In this document: positions 43,668 through 52,280 of the stretch, in pieces
How positions within the stretch are numbered: position 1 is the first letter of the stretch
Layout: each line of letters begins with the position of its first letter
From: a virus
Taxonomy: Duplodnaviria > Caudoviricetes
DNA length: 64,000 nt
Strand: one strand, 5' to 3'
IMG/VR virus record: IMGVR_UViG_3300012007_000001
Span: 1-64,000 of that record
Position numbers and translations under genes: made by a program
The notes under the pieces: generated by a model
What the model was told of the DNA's origin: nothing
The model's input: the letters and a program-made list of their open reading frames with translations, nothing else
The model's database searches: none

Positions 43668-44336
43668 TTAGTTTGAGCCGCCCAAAGCTGTACGCAAGGC
43701 AGCTGCTATGGTGTTCCCGCTTCCTCGGCGCAATACCCTTTCGCGGTCACTCATCATCCTATCCCAATCATCGTATGTCTTAACCCTGTCAAGGTTGATT
43801 TCCCTGCTTGGGTTATAGCTTCGCATCATTGCCGACAATCCTTTTGGCAGGGTCATGGCAACGACGGGAAGGCGTGTGCGCCCATCCCAATCAGACGGTG
43901 CTAAATCGTCATCCCATTCTACTTTTCCGATGGCTTTAGCACCATATTTCGCATACATATTCTGTAATCCACCACCATAGCAATCCAGCTTTCGGCCACC
44001 CCTTGCAGAAGCAAATGCCATGATGTTGGGCATCCTTCCGCGTGTCCTGCTGAAAACGGCCTCTACATTGCCGTCACTTGTTATGGCGAGTCCTGTCTTG
44101 TGGTCTTTAGAAAGGTAATAAGCCGTGCCACTGTTACGGTTATTCCTGAACTGTTTCTTTGTATGGGTATCAACCATCCAGCCGTGCCTGTTTTTCTTCT
44201 TGGCATAGTTGATGGCGTTTTTGAAAGCCCTTGGCGTTGCACGCTCAAATTCTACGTGAGAATGCCGAATACCCTTTCTTGTTAGGGCATTCTCGACACG
44301 CTTGTTTGCTTTTTCAATATCGCTTATGTACCTGAC
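43668..44336 (-). CDS. 222-aa basic protein with a GNAT-like domain; proposed GTC start (VRYISDIEK...)
   Basis: The frame is open for 53 codons upstream of the track ATG (44177) to GTC at 44336, directly after an in-frame TGA; G.AI..DG....VF..GGRKLDCY..L..Y...W....AP.DW pattern. Confidence 0.65.
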   Translation of the reverse strand, partial: VRYISDIEKANKRVENALTRKGIRHSHVEFERATPRAFKNAINYAKKKNRHGWMVDTHTKKQFRNNRNSGTAYYLSKDHKTGLAITSDGNVEAVFSRTRGRMPNIMAFASARGGRKLDCYGGGLQNMYAKYGAKAIGKVEWDDDLAPSDWDGRTRLPVVAMTLPKGLSAMMRSYNPSREINLDRVKTYDDWDRMMSDRERVLRRGSGNTIAAALRTALGGSN

Positions 44337-44349
44337 TCAGCCGTTCCGA

Positions 44350-44547
44350 TTACATTGTCAAAATATCAGCCATCAATTCAGGGCTGCTATAATCCATGTC
44401 ACTATCCAGCGAATCGTCGCTTGGGCTGTCTGCCAGTTTTCTTGCCTCATCCTCTGTCAGGTAAGGCTTGCCGTTCTCCTTGATTTTGCAGAGCTCCTCA
44501 AAAAGACGCTGGCGATACTCAGCTATCTGTTCTTTTGTATGCTTCAT
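44350..44547 (-). CDS. 65-aa acidic-tailed protein with its own operator-overlapped promoter
   Basis: ORF track; TATCTTTG at about 44567-44574 and operator-like site 44570-44592. Confidence 0.7.
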   Translation of the reverse strand: MKHTKEQIAEYRQRLFEELCKIKENGKPYLTEDEARKLADSPSDDSLDSDMDYSSPELMADILTM

Positions 44548-44714
44548 TGTTGTTCATTTAATAGTGCAAAGATAAAGCAAATAAATTGATTTACCAAATA
44601 TTTCTCGTTATTTTTTGTTGCATATCACTTTATTTAACTCTTCCGCTAAATCAGAATGGCCACCACCATCATTTTGCTGACGGCGATGGCCATGATGTCG
44701 GCTCAAGGCAACCT

Positions 44715-44969
44715 TTAGCCCTCAGAGCCTGCGGCAGCACGAAGGGCGGCAGAGCGCAAGGCTGCACCACGAACACCACGCGCACGCATAGCGGCTACGT
44801 TCTGACGTGCTTGTCGGGCGAATGCCACACGAAGGTCTTGACGACGCTGTTCACGGTTTCCCCAACCTGCACGGCCTTCCGCATAGCGGCCACCATTTGC
44901 CAGTCGGCGACTACCTGCACCGTTCACGTTTGACGTGACACCAGTGATTCGATTGATTCTGTTTCTGAC
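44715..44969 (-). CDS. 84-aa Arg/Ala/Gly-rich protein; proposed GTC start (VRNRINRITG...)
   Basis: The frame is open for 14 codons upstream of the track GTG (44927) to GTC at 44969, directly after an in-frame TGA. Confidence 0.65.
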   Translation of the reverse strand, partial: VRNRINRITGVTSNVNGAGSRRLANGGRYAEGRAGWGNREQRRQDLRVAFARQARQNVAAMRARGVRGAALRSAALRAAAGSEG

Positions 44970-45001
44970 TCAGCATTCAAATTAAAGGGTTCTACATTAT
45001 G

Positions 45002-45412
45002 TTAGTTGTCTGAATGGGCTTCCTGTTCCCCGTCGAAGATTTCACAGTTCTCCGTCTGCAATACTTCGCCGAGTTCATACTGCATCTGCGTAACATAGTA
45101 GGTCTCGCCGTTGTCAACGAATGTAAGCGGCTCACCAGTCTTTTCGTCATCCATCTGAACGACCTTAATCCCGATGACCTGTACCAGCAGGCGGGGGGCA
45201 TTCTTCTGACGGCCATTGATAAGCTGCAAGGCATCATAGCCCACAACCTCGACATCGCTTGTGCCGTCGCCGTTGTCCTTTTCCACCAAATACTGCTTGG
45301 CGTTACGCGGGTAAACAAATCGGTGCTCGACCTTCTGCTCACCCTTCAAGATTTTCTTGAAACTGTCGCGCTTGATTTGTAGCGTCAGTACATCTAATCC
45401 TTCTAAATTCAT
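45002..45412 (-). CDS. ASCH (PUA-like) domain protein
   Basis: LTLQIKRDSFKKILKGEQKVEHR, a variant of the GxKxxExR motif, then YDALQLING. Confidence 0.75.
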   Translation of the reverse strand: MNLEGLDVLTLQIKRDSFKKILKGEQKVEHRFVYPRNAKQYLVEKDNGDGTSDVEVVGYDALQLINGRQKNAPRLLVQVIGIKVVQMDDEKTGEPLTFVDNGETYYVTQMQYELGEVLQTENCEIFDGEQEAHSDN

Positions 45413-45445
45413 TTTAATTCCGATTTAATTGTTACTATAATATTG

Positions 45446-45518
45446 TTGCGGGAGCAGGGCTCGAACCTGCGACCTCCAGTAAGTCAGACTGTTAAGCTAC
45501 CAACTGCTCCATCCCGCG
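45446..45518 (-). tRNA. Atypical tRNA: initiator (fMet) body with a GAC (Val) anticodon; CCA not encoded
   Basis: CGCGGGA UG GAGC AGUUGGUA GCUU A ACAGU CU-GAC-UU ACUGG AGGUC GCAGG UUCGAGC CCUGC UCCCGCA A; C1xA72, A11-U24, U37/U38. Confidence 0.88.
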
Positions 45519-45526
45519 ATTTTCGG

Positions 45527-45599
45527 CAAAGTTACACATATTACTTTTGTCATGTGAATCTATGCCTACATTATATTTCACCAATTTATATTAGTGAAA
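45527..45599 (-). promoter_or_regulatory. Putative late promoter 4 (tRNA-packaging operon)
   Basis: TAACTTTG 45527-45534; TTTCAC-N12-GTGAAA 45576-45599; 41-bp gap. Confidence 0.75.
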
Positions 45600-45651
45600 G
45601 AATCGCGGTATTTTGCAGCTGTTTCACTTCCAATTATTCAATCATCTTGCT

Positions 45652-45699
45652 TTATATTTCACCCAGCGGGCGCATTTCTTTCTGTATGACGTAGTACAT
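45652..45699 (-). CDS. 15-aa mini-ORF (MYYVIQKEMRPLGEI) or gene remnant behind a full early cassette
   Basis: ATG sits at the canonical distance from the leader motif (45736-45748); promoter 45756-45763; operator 45802-45824. Confidence 0.4.
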   Translation of the reverse strand: MYYVIQKEMRPLGEI

Positions 45700-45823
45700 A
45701 TTATATTCGCCTTTCTTTATCCTGTCGGCATCAGGTCTAAACGGTTTTGTCTTTGCAAAGGTACGAAATAATATTGAAACTACCAAACTTTTTTTGCAGA
45801 AAAATAAAGCAAATAAATTTATT

Positions 45824-46759
45824 TTACCATTCCGCAAAGATGTTATGACTGGCATCAACGACTTGCTCGGAGTACTGAACACGGCAATCCACCTTGTTTC
45901 TGATGCTGTCTTTCCAGTATATCTTAGACTTCGGGGCTTTCGCTGCCACAATCTCCTGCACGTCATTGACGAACTTCACTATGCCGTCAAGCGTGATGGG
46001 CTTCTTGTTGTGCTTCTTGCCGCTTTCCAGCCCTATCTTATAGACATCGCAGAATCCCAATGATTCTTTTATCATCTCCAGCGAATCATCCAAGTCTATC
46101 ACAGGCTCGATGCTGGCAAAGGTATGAACGCCGTATTCCGCGCTAATTCTCGCCATTGCATCCACACGCTGCATATTCGTTGACGCATTCGGCTCAAGGT
46201 CATCCCTGCCTGTCAGCGTGAAACCGACGCACAGGTTCTTACCGCCATTGACCAGCAGACGATGACCACCGATTCCGTACACCCACTCAGAGCGTTTCGT
46301 CAGCATGGTAACTGGCACTGGAGGCAAATCGTTTCTTCTGCTTCCGTCCTCGTTACATCCCAACGCGATATAGGCACACCGCATGAATGTATAGAAGGTG
46401 TCTAACGGCTGCTGTAGGCACGGGTCACTGCTGAACGTGAAGAAGATTCCACGGCCATCTACCATGATTCTATCCCTGTACCTGTTCAGTTCCTTCTCAA
46501 ACACTTGCACGGCCTTGTTACATCCGACAATGAATGCGAGTTTTCTTGAAGCGTCGCAGTCATTCTTGAATTTGACATCCTTTGCCGTCAGCTGAAACTC
46601 CTTTTTCAGTTGAGGGATTTTCTGACCCATTCCGTGACCTAACACACCTTTCTTGCAGTAGCAATACTCACAGTCATTTGAACACCCGACAAAGATATTT
46701 GCCGCCCAAGGAGCGTATTCACGGGCTTTGCCCGATGGCTGATAAATAATCTTTCCCAT
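45824..46759 (-). CDS. Radical SAM protein (start revised to MGKIIYQP)
   Basis: GCSNDCEYCYC (CxxxCxxC), SSDP, LTK, TLTG..LEPNA, SIEPVI. Confidence 0.85.
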   Translation of the reverse strand: MGKIIYQPSGKAREYAPWAANIFVGCSNDCEYCYCKKGVLGHGMGQKIPQLKKEFQLTAKDVKFKNDCDASRKLAFIVGCNKAVQVFEKELNRYRDRIMVDGRGIFFTFSSDPCLQQPLDTFYTFMRCAYIALGCNEDGSRRNDLPPVPVTMLTKRSEWVYGIGGHRLLVNGGKNLCVGFTLTGRDDLEPNASTNMQRVDAMARISAEYGVHTFASIEPVIDLDDSLEMIKESLGFCDVYKIGLESGKKHNKKPITLDGIVKFVNDVQEIVAAKAPKSKIYWKDSIRNKVDCRVQYSEQVVDASHNIFAEW

Positions 46760-47925
46760 ATTACTGAAACTTAGAAAAATCCTTCTTGAAAACGACAAAC
46801 TTACCGTCAGTCCGTGCCTTGCACTTGCCAATCTGCGCACGCACAGAATCTACTTCGCAATGCTTCTGCTTCCTGACCACCTTTCCGTGAAAGAAACATC
46901 CACGGCAGAACGAGTCAGCCTCCTGAACTTTCATACGAACACCGTCACAGGTGAACACATCATTAATCGGCCTTTCCATATCACTTACCTTTTTCATCAT
47001 AGGGCTTGCCGCAAAACGGGCAGAATTTCACCTTGTCATCCAAACCGATATAGCGGTTATGCTTTGAATAGTTCCCGCTCTTGGTCTTTGGCCTGAACCA
47101 TCCAGTTACATATATCCGACCGTCAGGCGATACATGTTCCACACCGCCGACACCGTACTGCTTGCACAGTTCAGCCTTAATCTTAGCTACACAATCACAC
47201 ATATTCTATTGTTTCTTAAATGGATTCTGAAACACTAACTTTGTCTTTTTTATAAAATCCCTTCCAGCAGTTCCTTTCGGTGCTGTCTCTTCATACCAAA
47301 CGACTCTCCGCAATAGGAGAGACTTTGAATTGATATGCAACCAGCACCGATGCTCCTTTGACGGGCTACAACATTCAAAGTCACAACAGCATTCATCACG
47401 CCAAGGGTTATGTATGGCGATTCCAAACACTTGCAAGAAAGACTGAATACGCGCAGAAAAAGCAATGTTTTTCCGAAACGCTGTCTTCCAATAATATTTT
47501 CTGTAATACCAAATCTTTTTCATACAATCTATTTCTTATGTCTGTTGGCATAGATTTTCATGGCCGTCTTTTTGTTCCGCGCCATGATTTTCTCGCCGTG
47601 GATTACAAACTCATGCTCTTGCATGTTCACACCATACATCTGATGATTCCGCGCCTTTTCCTCTTCGGTTAGTTCACGGCCTCCAGTTGCTCTATGCCTT
47701 CTGCGTGTGCCAGTATCAAATATTGACGTATCACCAGCACCAGCCACAGCCGCCATCATCAGCGTAGCGGCCATCAGTTTGCTAATCTTTCTCATTTCGG
47801 TTCCTCCTCTGCCTTTTCAGGTCGCCATTCATTGAAGAATCCGCATTCACGGGTGGCGTTTTCATGGTTGCCAAATCCCATCTTGTGCAAATCCAGTTCC
47901 TTGAACTCGACCATCTTTCTTACAT

Positions 47926-48555
47926 TCATAACCATTCGATTTTATTGTTTGTGATATAGTAGTGTGACTTGCAGGGAAATTCAAAGTTCCCTACAGACGG
48001 GCGCATCGTTACCGTTCCGTCATCGTTCTTTGTCAGACTCCAGCCGCCAGCCTTGAACGGCATGACCACCAACTCGCCACATCCACAGGCGCACAGGTGG
48101 GATGTCGTTTCAAACTTTTCGCTGATATACAGTTTTCCGTATTCAAGCTGATTCGGCAAATACTCCACAAAGACGGGCTCGATTCTTTCAAGTCGCTTCC
48201 CAAGCGTTTTCTCGTTGTGAAGTTCAATCCTGATGGCCTCCTGCAAGGGCGGCAGAATCTTCTCGGCAAACCGCTTGCACGATGCCTCGACCTTTCGGCC
48301 TGTTGCCGTGTATGCTATTCCGTTATACATCTTGTTACCGAAATAGTCAACACCGATATTAAGAATGAACTCGCGAAAATCATCCCTGCCTGTGCTGCCC
48401 CAGCAGAAATTGAAATTGCCATAGTCTGTGACAGCGAAGAAATAACCGTCGCCAGTCAGAATTACACGGCCAAGAAAGCCGCCAAACTCGTTGTGAAGAA
48501 TATACATCCACACAACAACACCGTTTCCGTGATTATTTGTTATTACATTTTTCAT
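47926..48555 (-). CDS. Two-domain hypothetical with a Cys/His-rich C-terminus (DUF6527-like)
   Basis: HLCACGCGE...W.L...TMRPSVGN..PCKSHYYI. Confidence 0.55.
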   Translation of the reverse strand: MKNVITNNHGNGVVVWMYILHNEFGGFLGRVILTGDGYFFAVTDYGNFNFCWGSTGRDDFREFILNIGVDYFGNKMYNGIAYTATGRKVEASCKRFAEKILPPLQEAIRIELHNEKTLGKRLERIEPVFVEYLPNQLEYGKLYISEKFETTSHLCACGCGELVVMPFKAGGWSLTKNDDGTVTMRPSVGNFEFPCKSHYYITNNKIEWL

Positions 48556-49469
48556 TTTAATTCAATTTATGATATACATGAAACCACCTGTTATCCAGTG
48601 TGCGCACCGTACCGATATACTCCAGCTTACCGCGCAACATCTGACGTTCCTCGTACATGATGACCTGAACATCTTCAAAATCATCATTACCCAAGTCTAT
48701 CTCCGCAAACAGGCAGATAGTCGGCAAAAGGTTTTCAACCGTCAGAATCCTGTAACCCTTCGGCATCGTCACCTTCTGCACGACGTTACTCTGCGCCTGT
48801 AGCGGATATTTCATTATTGTTTCCATTCCGCTTTGTATTTCGGTGCTGGTATGCCCTTTACACGGTTCAGCACATAATCATATACCTTTTTACAGAAATC
48901 ATCGTCGAGAAAAGCATCTGACTTTGCAGCAACATCCAGCCCGCACTCAAAGAACTGCGTCTTTGTGATTGCTGATACATGGTAACGCTTCTGAATGGCA
49001 CTCATTCCATTCAGGTTGCCGTTCTTTCTATACAGCATGACAACATCATTCAGATACCATTTGAAGTTATCCTGCTTGCGTTCCTTGTTGGTCATCGTAT
49101 GTGTGCCGCCCGTCTGCTTTTTCAGCGTGTCAACGGCAAACTCCAAGGCTGCAATAAGGGTATCAAGTTCACAATCACCGCCGAATGTCAGTTCAACGAG
49201 GCTTGCATCGTTAATTTCCACATCCTTATAGCTGGCATCATCCACAGAGTAGCCCTTCACCCTGCATCGCATATCGGTGCTGGCTTCATCCTTAATCTTT
49301 AGATAAGTACGGCCACCATGCCCGCTGTCGCCACCACAATAGCCAGTTGTTCCAACTTCTACCGTGATAATGTTTGCACTGACAATCTCCTGCGACAAAG
49401 TTTCAATCTTCGCGCCGTCAATTTCGACCTGACCCTTTACGGGTTCACCACTTCCATATTCAACCATAA

Positions 49470-49892
49470 TTATTCTGTTTTTGTTTTACTTTGATGACCT
49501 TCACAGCTATCTGTCTTTTCGATGCCGATGAATTGGCGCAATGTGCATTTCTTCCCAGCACGATGCAGACAACTTTCACACGACGGCTCAAACAGGATTT
49601 CCATTTCCCTGCCACCATCCTGCATACCCTTCGCAAAATAGTATTCGACATGTGCGCCGTTGCTTTTCAGCCAGTTCGCCAGCATATAGATACCGTCGCA
49701 CTTCCGCAGTTCCTCAAGGTCAACCATCAAGTAATCGTCAAACTCCTTGCAGTTGGTCTTGTCAAACTTCCACGGGTTCACAGGCTCATACCCCTGCTTG
49801 GCCAAATGCTTTTCAGCACGTTCAAAAAGCATCTGAGAATACATAGGAGGCAACCCCGCAATCTTACCTGATATATAGATTTTCTTCTTCAT
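49470..49892 (-). CDS. DUF4406 / nucleoside 2-deoxyribosyltransferase-like protein
   Basis: KIYISGKI..VNP..CDGIYML..W..S.GA.VE. Confidence 0.75.
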   Translation of the reverse strand: MKKKIYISGKIAGLPPMYSQMLFERAEKHLAKQGYEPVNPWKFDKTNCKEFDDYLMVDLEELRKCDGIYMLANWLKSNGAHVEYYFAKGMQDGGREMEILFEPSCESCLHRAGKKCTLRQFIGIEKTDSCEGHQSKTKTE

Positions 49893-51388
49893 TTCACACG
49901 CCTGTAAATCATACCATCACAACTACCCTTTGAATAGTCAGTTCCTTCACCATAGTAAGGATGCTTGCAATCTCTGCCTTTATGAAAACAGCAGCCTTCA
50001 CAGCACATCTTGCCCTTGCGTTCCGTCTGCTGGTAGGTCTTGCCGTCATGCGTAAACATGATGTACTTCTTTCGCCACGGTGCTTTACCGTTGATTTCGT
50101 CGGCTGCTTCATGCACGGCCTTATTCAGCGCAGCCAAAACGCCATAACCCAAAAGCCTGTTAGAATAACTTGTGACTTTAATGCTTCCGTCATCATTCTG
50201 AATGACCTCGCACTTATAGATTCTCCGCTTCATAGGCTATTCTTCAAATTTAGGCAATGGCATCCAGTGAGTAACCATTTCGCAACCTTCAACGATGAAC
50301 TTGCGCTCTTCCTTTCCACGGTTGAAATCAAGGCCGTCAACTACCTGTACGACGCGCACAGTGTCTCGCGGCATGACCCTCGCCAGCACAATGTCATCTT
50401 CGGGCTGTTCAATGGTAGCATCAACCCATCTGTTTCTACGTTCCCACTCAGCACCAGCCAAGAAGGTCTTTTCTGCCAGCCCACATGTCGGGTGAGCATC
50501 TGCATAGGCTTTTGCAGCCTGTTCAAGTGTTTGTCTCATTGTTGTCTATTGTTATTGTTCACTATTTAATATCTTATTCGTTCAAGCCCCGTTTTCCACA
50601 CTTTCTTGACATAGAAAGCCCATTTGCCCTTGAAACGCACCTTGACTACTTGAGTCGCAAATTCGACCAGTTCGTCTATGGTGTTCCATCGGCCTGTCAA
50701 GTCACCGACTTCTGCCCATTCAAAGTGAACATCAGCAGGGCATCGTGCATTCTTGTCTGCATCGAGGTCTGCCTGTGTCACTGGCCGCATCAGATTCAGC
50801 GTATAGAAATATTGTGAATAGGGATTGTTTCTCTCCCATTCTGATTCCGCTCTTCTGTCGTAATCATATTCCTCTTTGTTGTATGTCATTGAAACGCCCT
50901 GCACTTCCAGTTTGCCATAGTAGTGAATTGCATTTGCAGAAATGCCACTGTATGTCGTTATTTCAAGTGTTATGCGCCGCAGGGTGTTCGTTTTGCGATG
51001 CCCCCATGATGGCACAGCATGAAACTGGCCATTGTAGCCTGTCAAATCCAGCCCGCAGTCATCATTGAAGATGTCGGGGTACTCATACCGTTCAGACTGA
51101 CTTCTTTTTACTATTTCCTGTAGTTCCATATCATTCATGTCTAATTTCGCCATAGTTCTTTTGTCTGCTTAGTAACCAGTTCAATATGATACTTTTTGCC
51201 CTTCAAAGATGGCCGTTTCTGCTCCACATACTTCTTTACATCAGATTTTGACAAATTGAATACAGGCATATCGCCGTCATATCCTATCAGCTGATTCAAT
51301 CCGAGTGGCATTTGCATAGTACAAACATACCTGTCTTTCAGCATCACATCAAACTTGATAGCGTTATTCTTTACCATTGCATCCGATA

Positions 51389-51730
51389 TTAAAGATGAGT
51401 GTATAAACCTGTCATTTCTGTGAAAGTGGCCTGCACCATGTCGCAGTAAACGCCCTTTGTTTCAGCTACAATCTTCTCAGTCGTTTCAAAAGTCTTTCGG
51501 CTTGTAGTCTTGCGAATCAGCTGCATGATATACGAATCCATTGCAGAATCATATATCATCTTGAAGAAATTGGCAGAGGTCTTGTTTCTGCCTATATTCA
51601 TAGAAAGAATGACGTTGCCACCCTTGCAGTCATAAACGGCCATCTTAACGCCTACCATGTAGCGAAAACTGCTACCACCTAACTGCTTCATCATCTCGTC
51701 GGCTATTGCCTTAACTTGCTGCTTATCCAT
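51389..51730 (-). CDS. Hypothetical protein headed by an early cassette
   Basis: QLGG..F..M.G..GVYCD....FTEMTGLYTHL; leader core 51767-51781; TATCTTTG 51798-51805. Confidence 0.7.
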   Translation of the reverse strand: MDKQQVKAIADEMMKQLGGSSFRYMVGVKMAVYDCKGGNVILSMNIGRNKTSANFFKMIYDSAMDSYIMQLIRKTTSRKTFETTEKIVAETKGVYCDMVQATFTEMTGLYTHL

Positions 51731-51948
51731 GTTGTCTGTGCCTGTTTGTCATCAGTCGGCTCTTCTGTTCTAAATGGTTTTGTTCTTAAATCTGTTGCAA
51801 AGATAGTGATTATTTTCAGAACTACCAAACTTTTTCGTGAGTATTTTCAACCAAAATGCTTGTTTTAAGATTATTTAATAAATTAAATTGCTTTATTTAT
51901 TTAATAATGTGTATCTTTGCACTTGAATTACAAAACGGAAATAGAATT

Positions 51949-52254
51949 ATGCTACGACTGAAAGAAATTTTGAAGGAGAAAGGTATCACTGGAGTACAAC
52001 TTGCTGCACTTATCAAGAATGAAAAAGGCGAGCCAGTAACACCGCAGTACATCAATGGAATCGTCAGTGAACGTGGCAGCGTATCACTTGACAAACTCAA
52101 GGAGATTGCAGATGCCCTCGGCGTGACGATGGCCGAATTGTTTGATGACTACAGAGAGCGCGATGCAAGCGTCGTATTCTGTCCTAACTGCAATGAACGC
52201 TTGCGCCTTGTCAAAGACAATGACGCTTCCATCAAGGCAGTATCAGAGAAATAG
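51949..52254 (+). CDS. XRE-family HTH regulator with a C-terminal CxxC knuckle (candidate repressor)
   Basis: MLRLKEILKEKGITGVQLA..SLDKLKEIADALGV..ELF..FCPNC; plus-strand TATCTTTG at 51912-51919. Confidence 0.85.
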   Translation: MLRLKEILKEKGITGVQLAALIKNEKGEPVTPQYINGIVSERGSVSLDKLKEIADALGVTMAELFDDYRERDASVVFCPNCNERLRLVKDNDASIKAVSEK

Positions 52255-52280
52255 GGAGTACTACTTCCGCACACTCCCTA
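52252..52280. terminator. Hairpin between convergent stop codons
   Basis: TAGGGAGT...ACTCCCTA inverted repeat. Confidence 0.5.

Noticed and set aside
44337-44972. TGA read-through or selenocysteine joining upstream genes to the GUC ORFs
   Set aside because: The upstream genes end at their own TAA (45002, 44350) before the motif, and the tRNA anticodon is GAC, not UCA
44955-44976. ATG in GAATGCTGAGTCAG as the start of the Arg-rich gene
   Set aside because: It is out of frame and stops after 21 codons; the second motif copy (44331-44341) has no ATG
45446-45518. tRNA as a prophage attachment-site remnant
   Set aside because: It is full-length, has its own phage-type promoter, sits among phage genes, and no duplicate 3' fragment or integrase was seen
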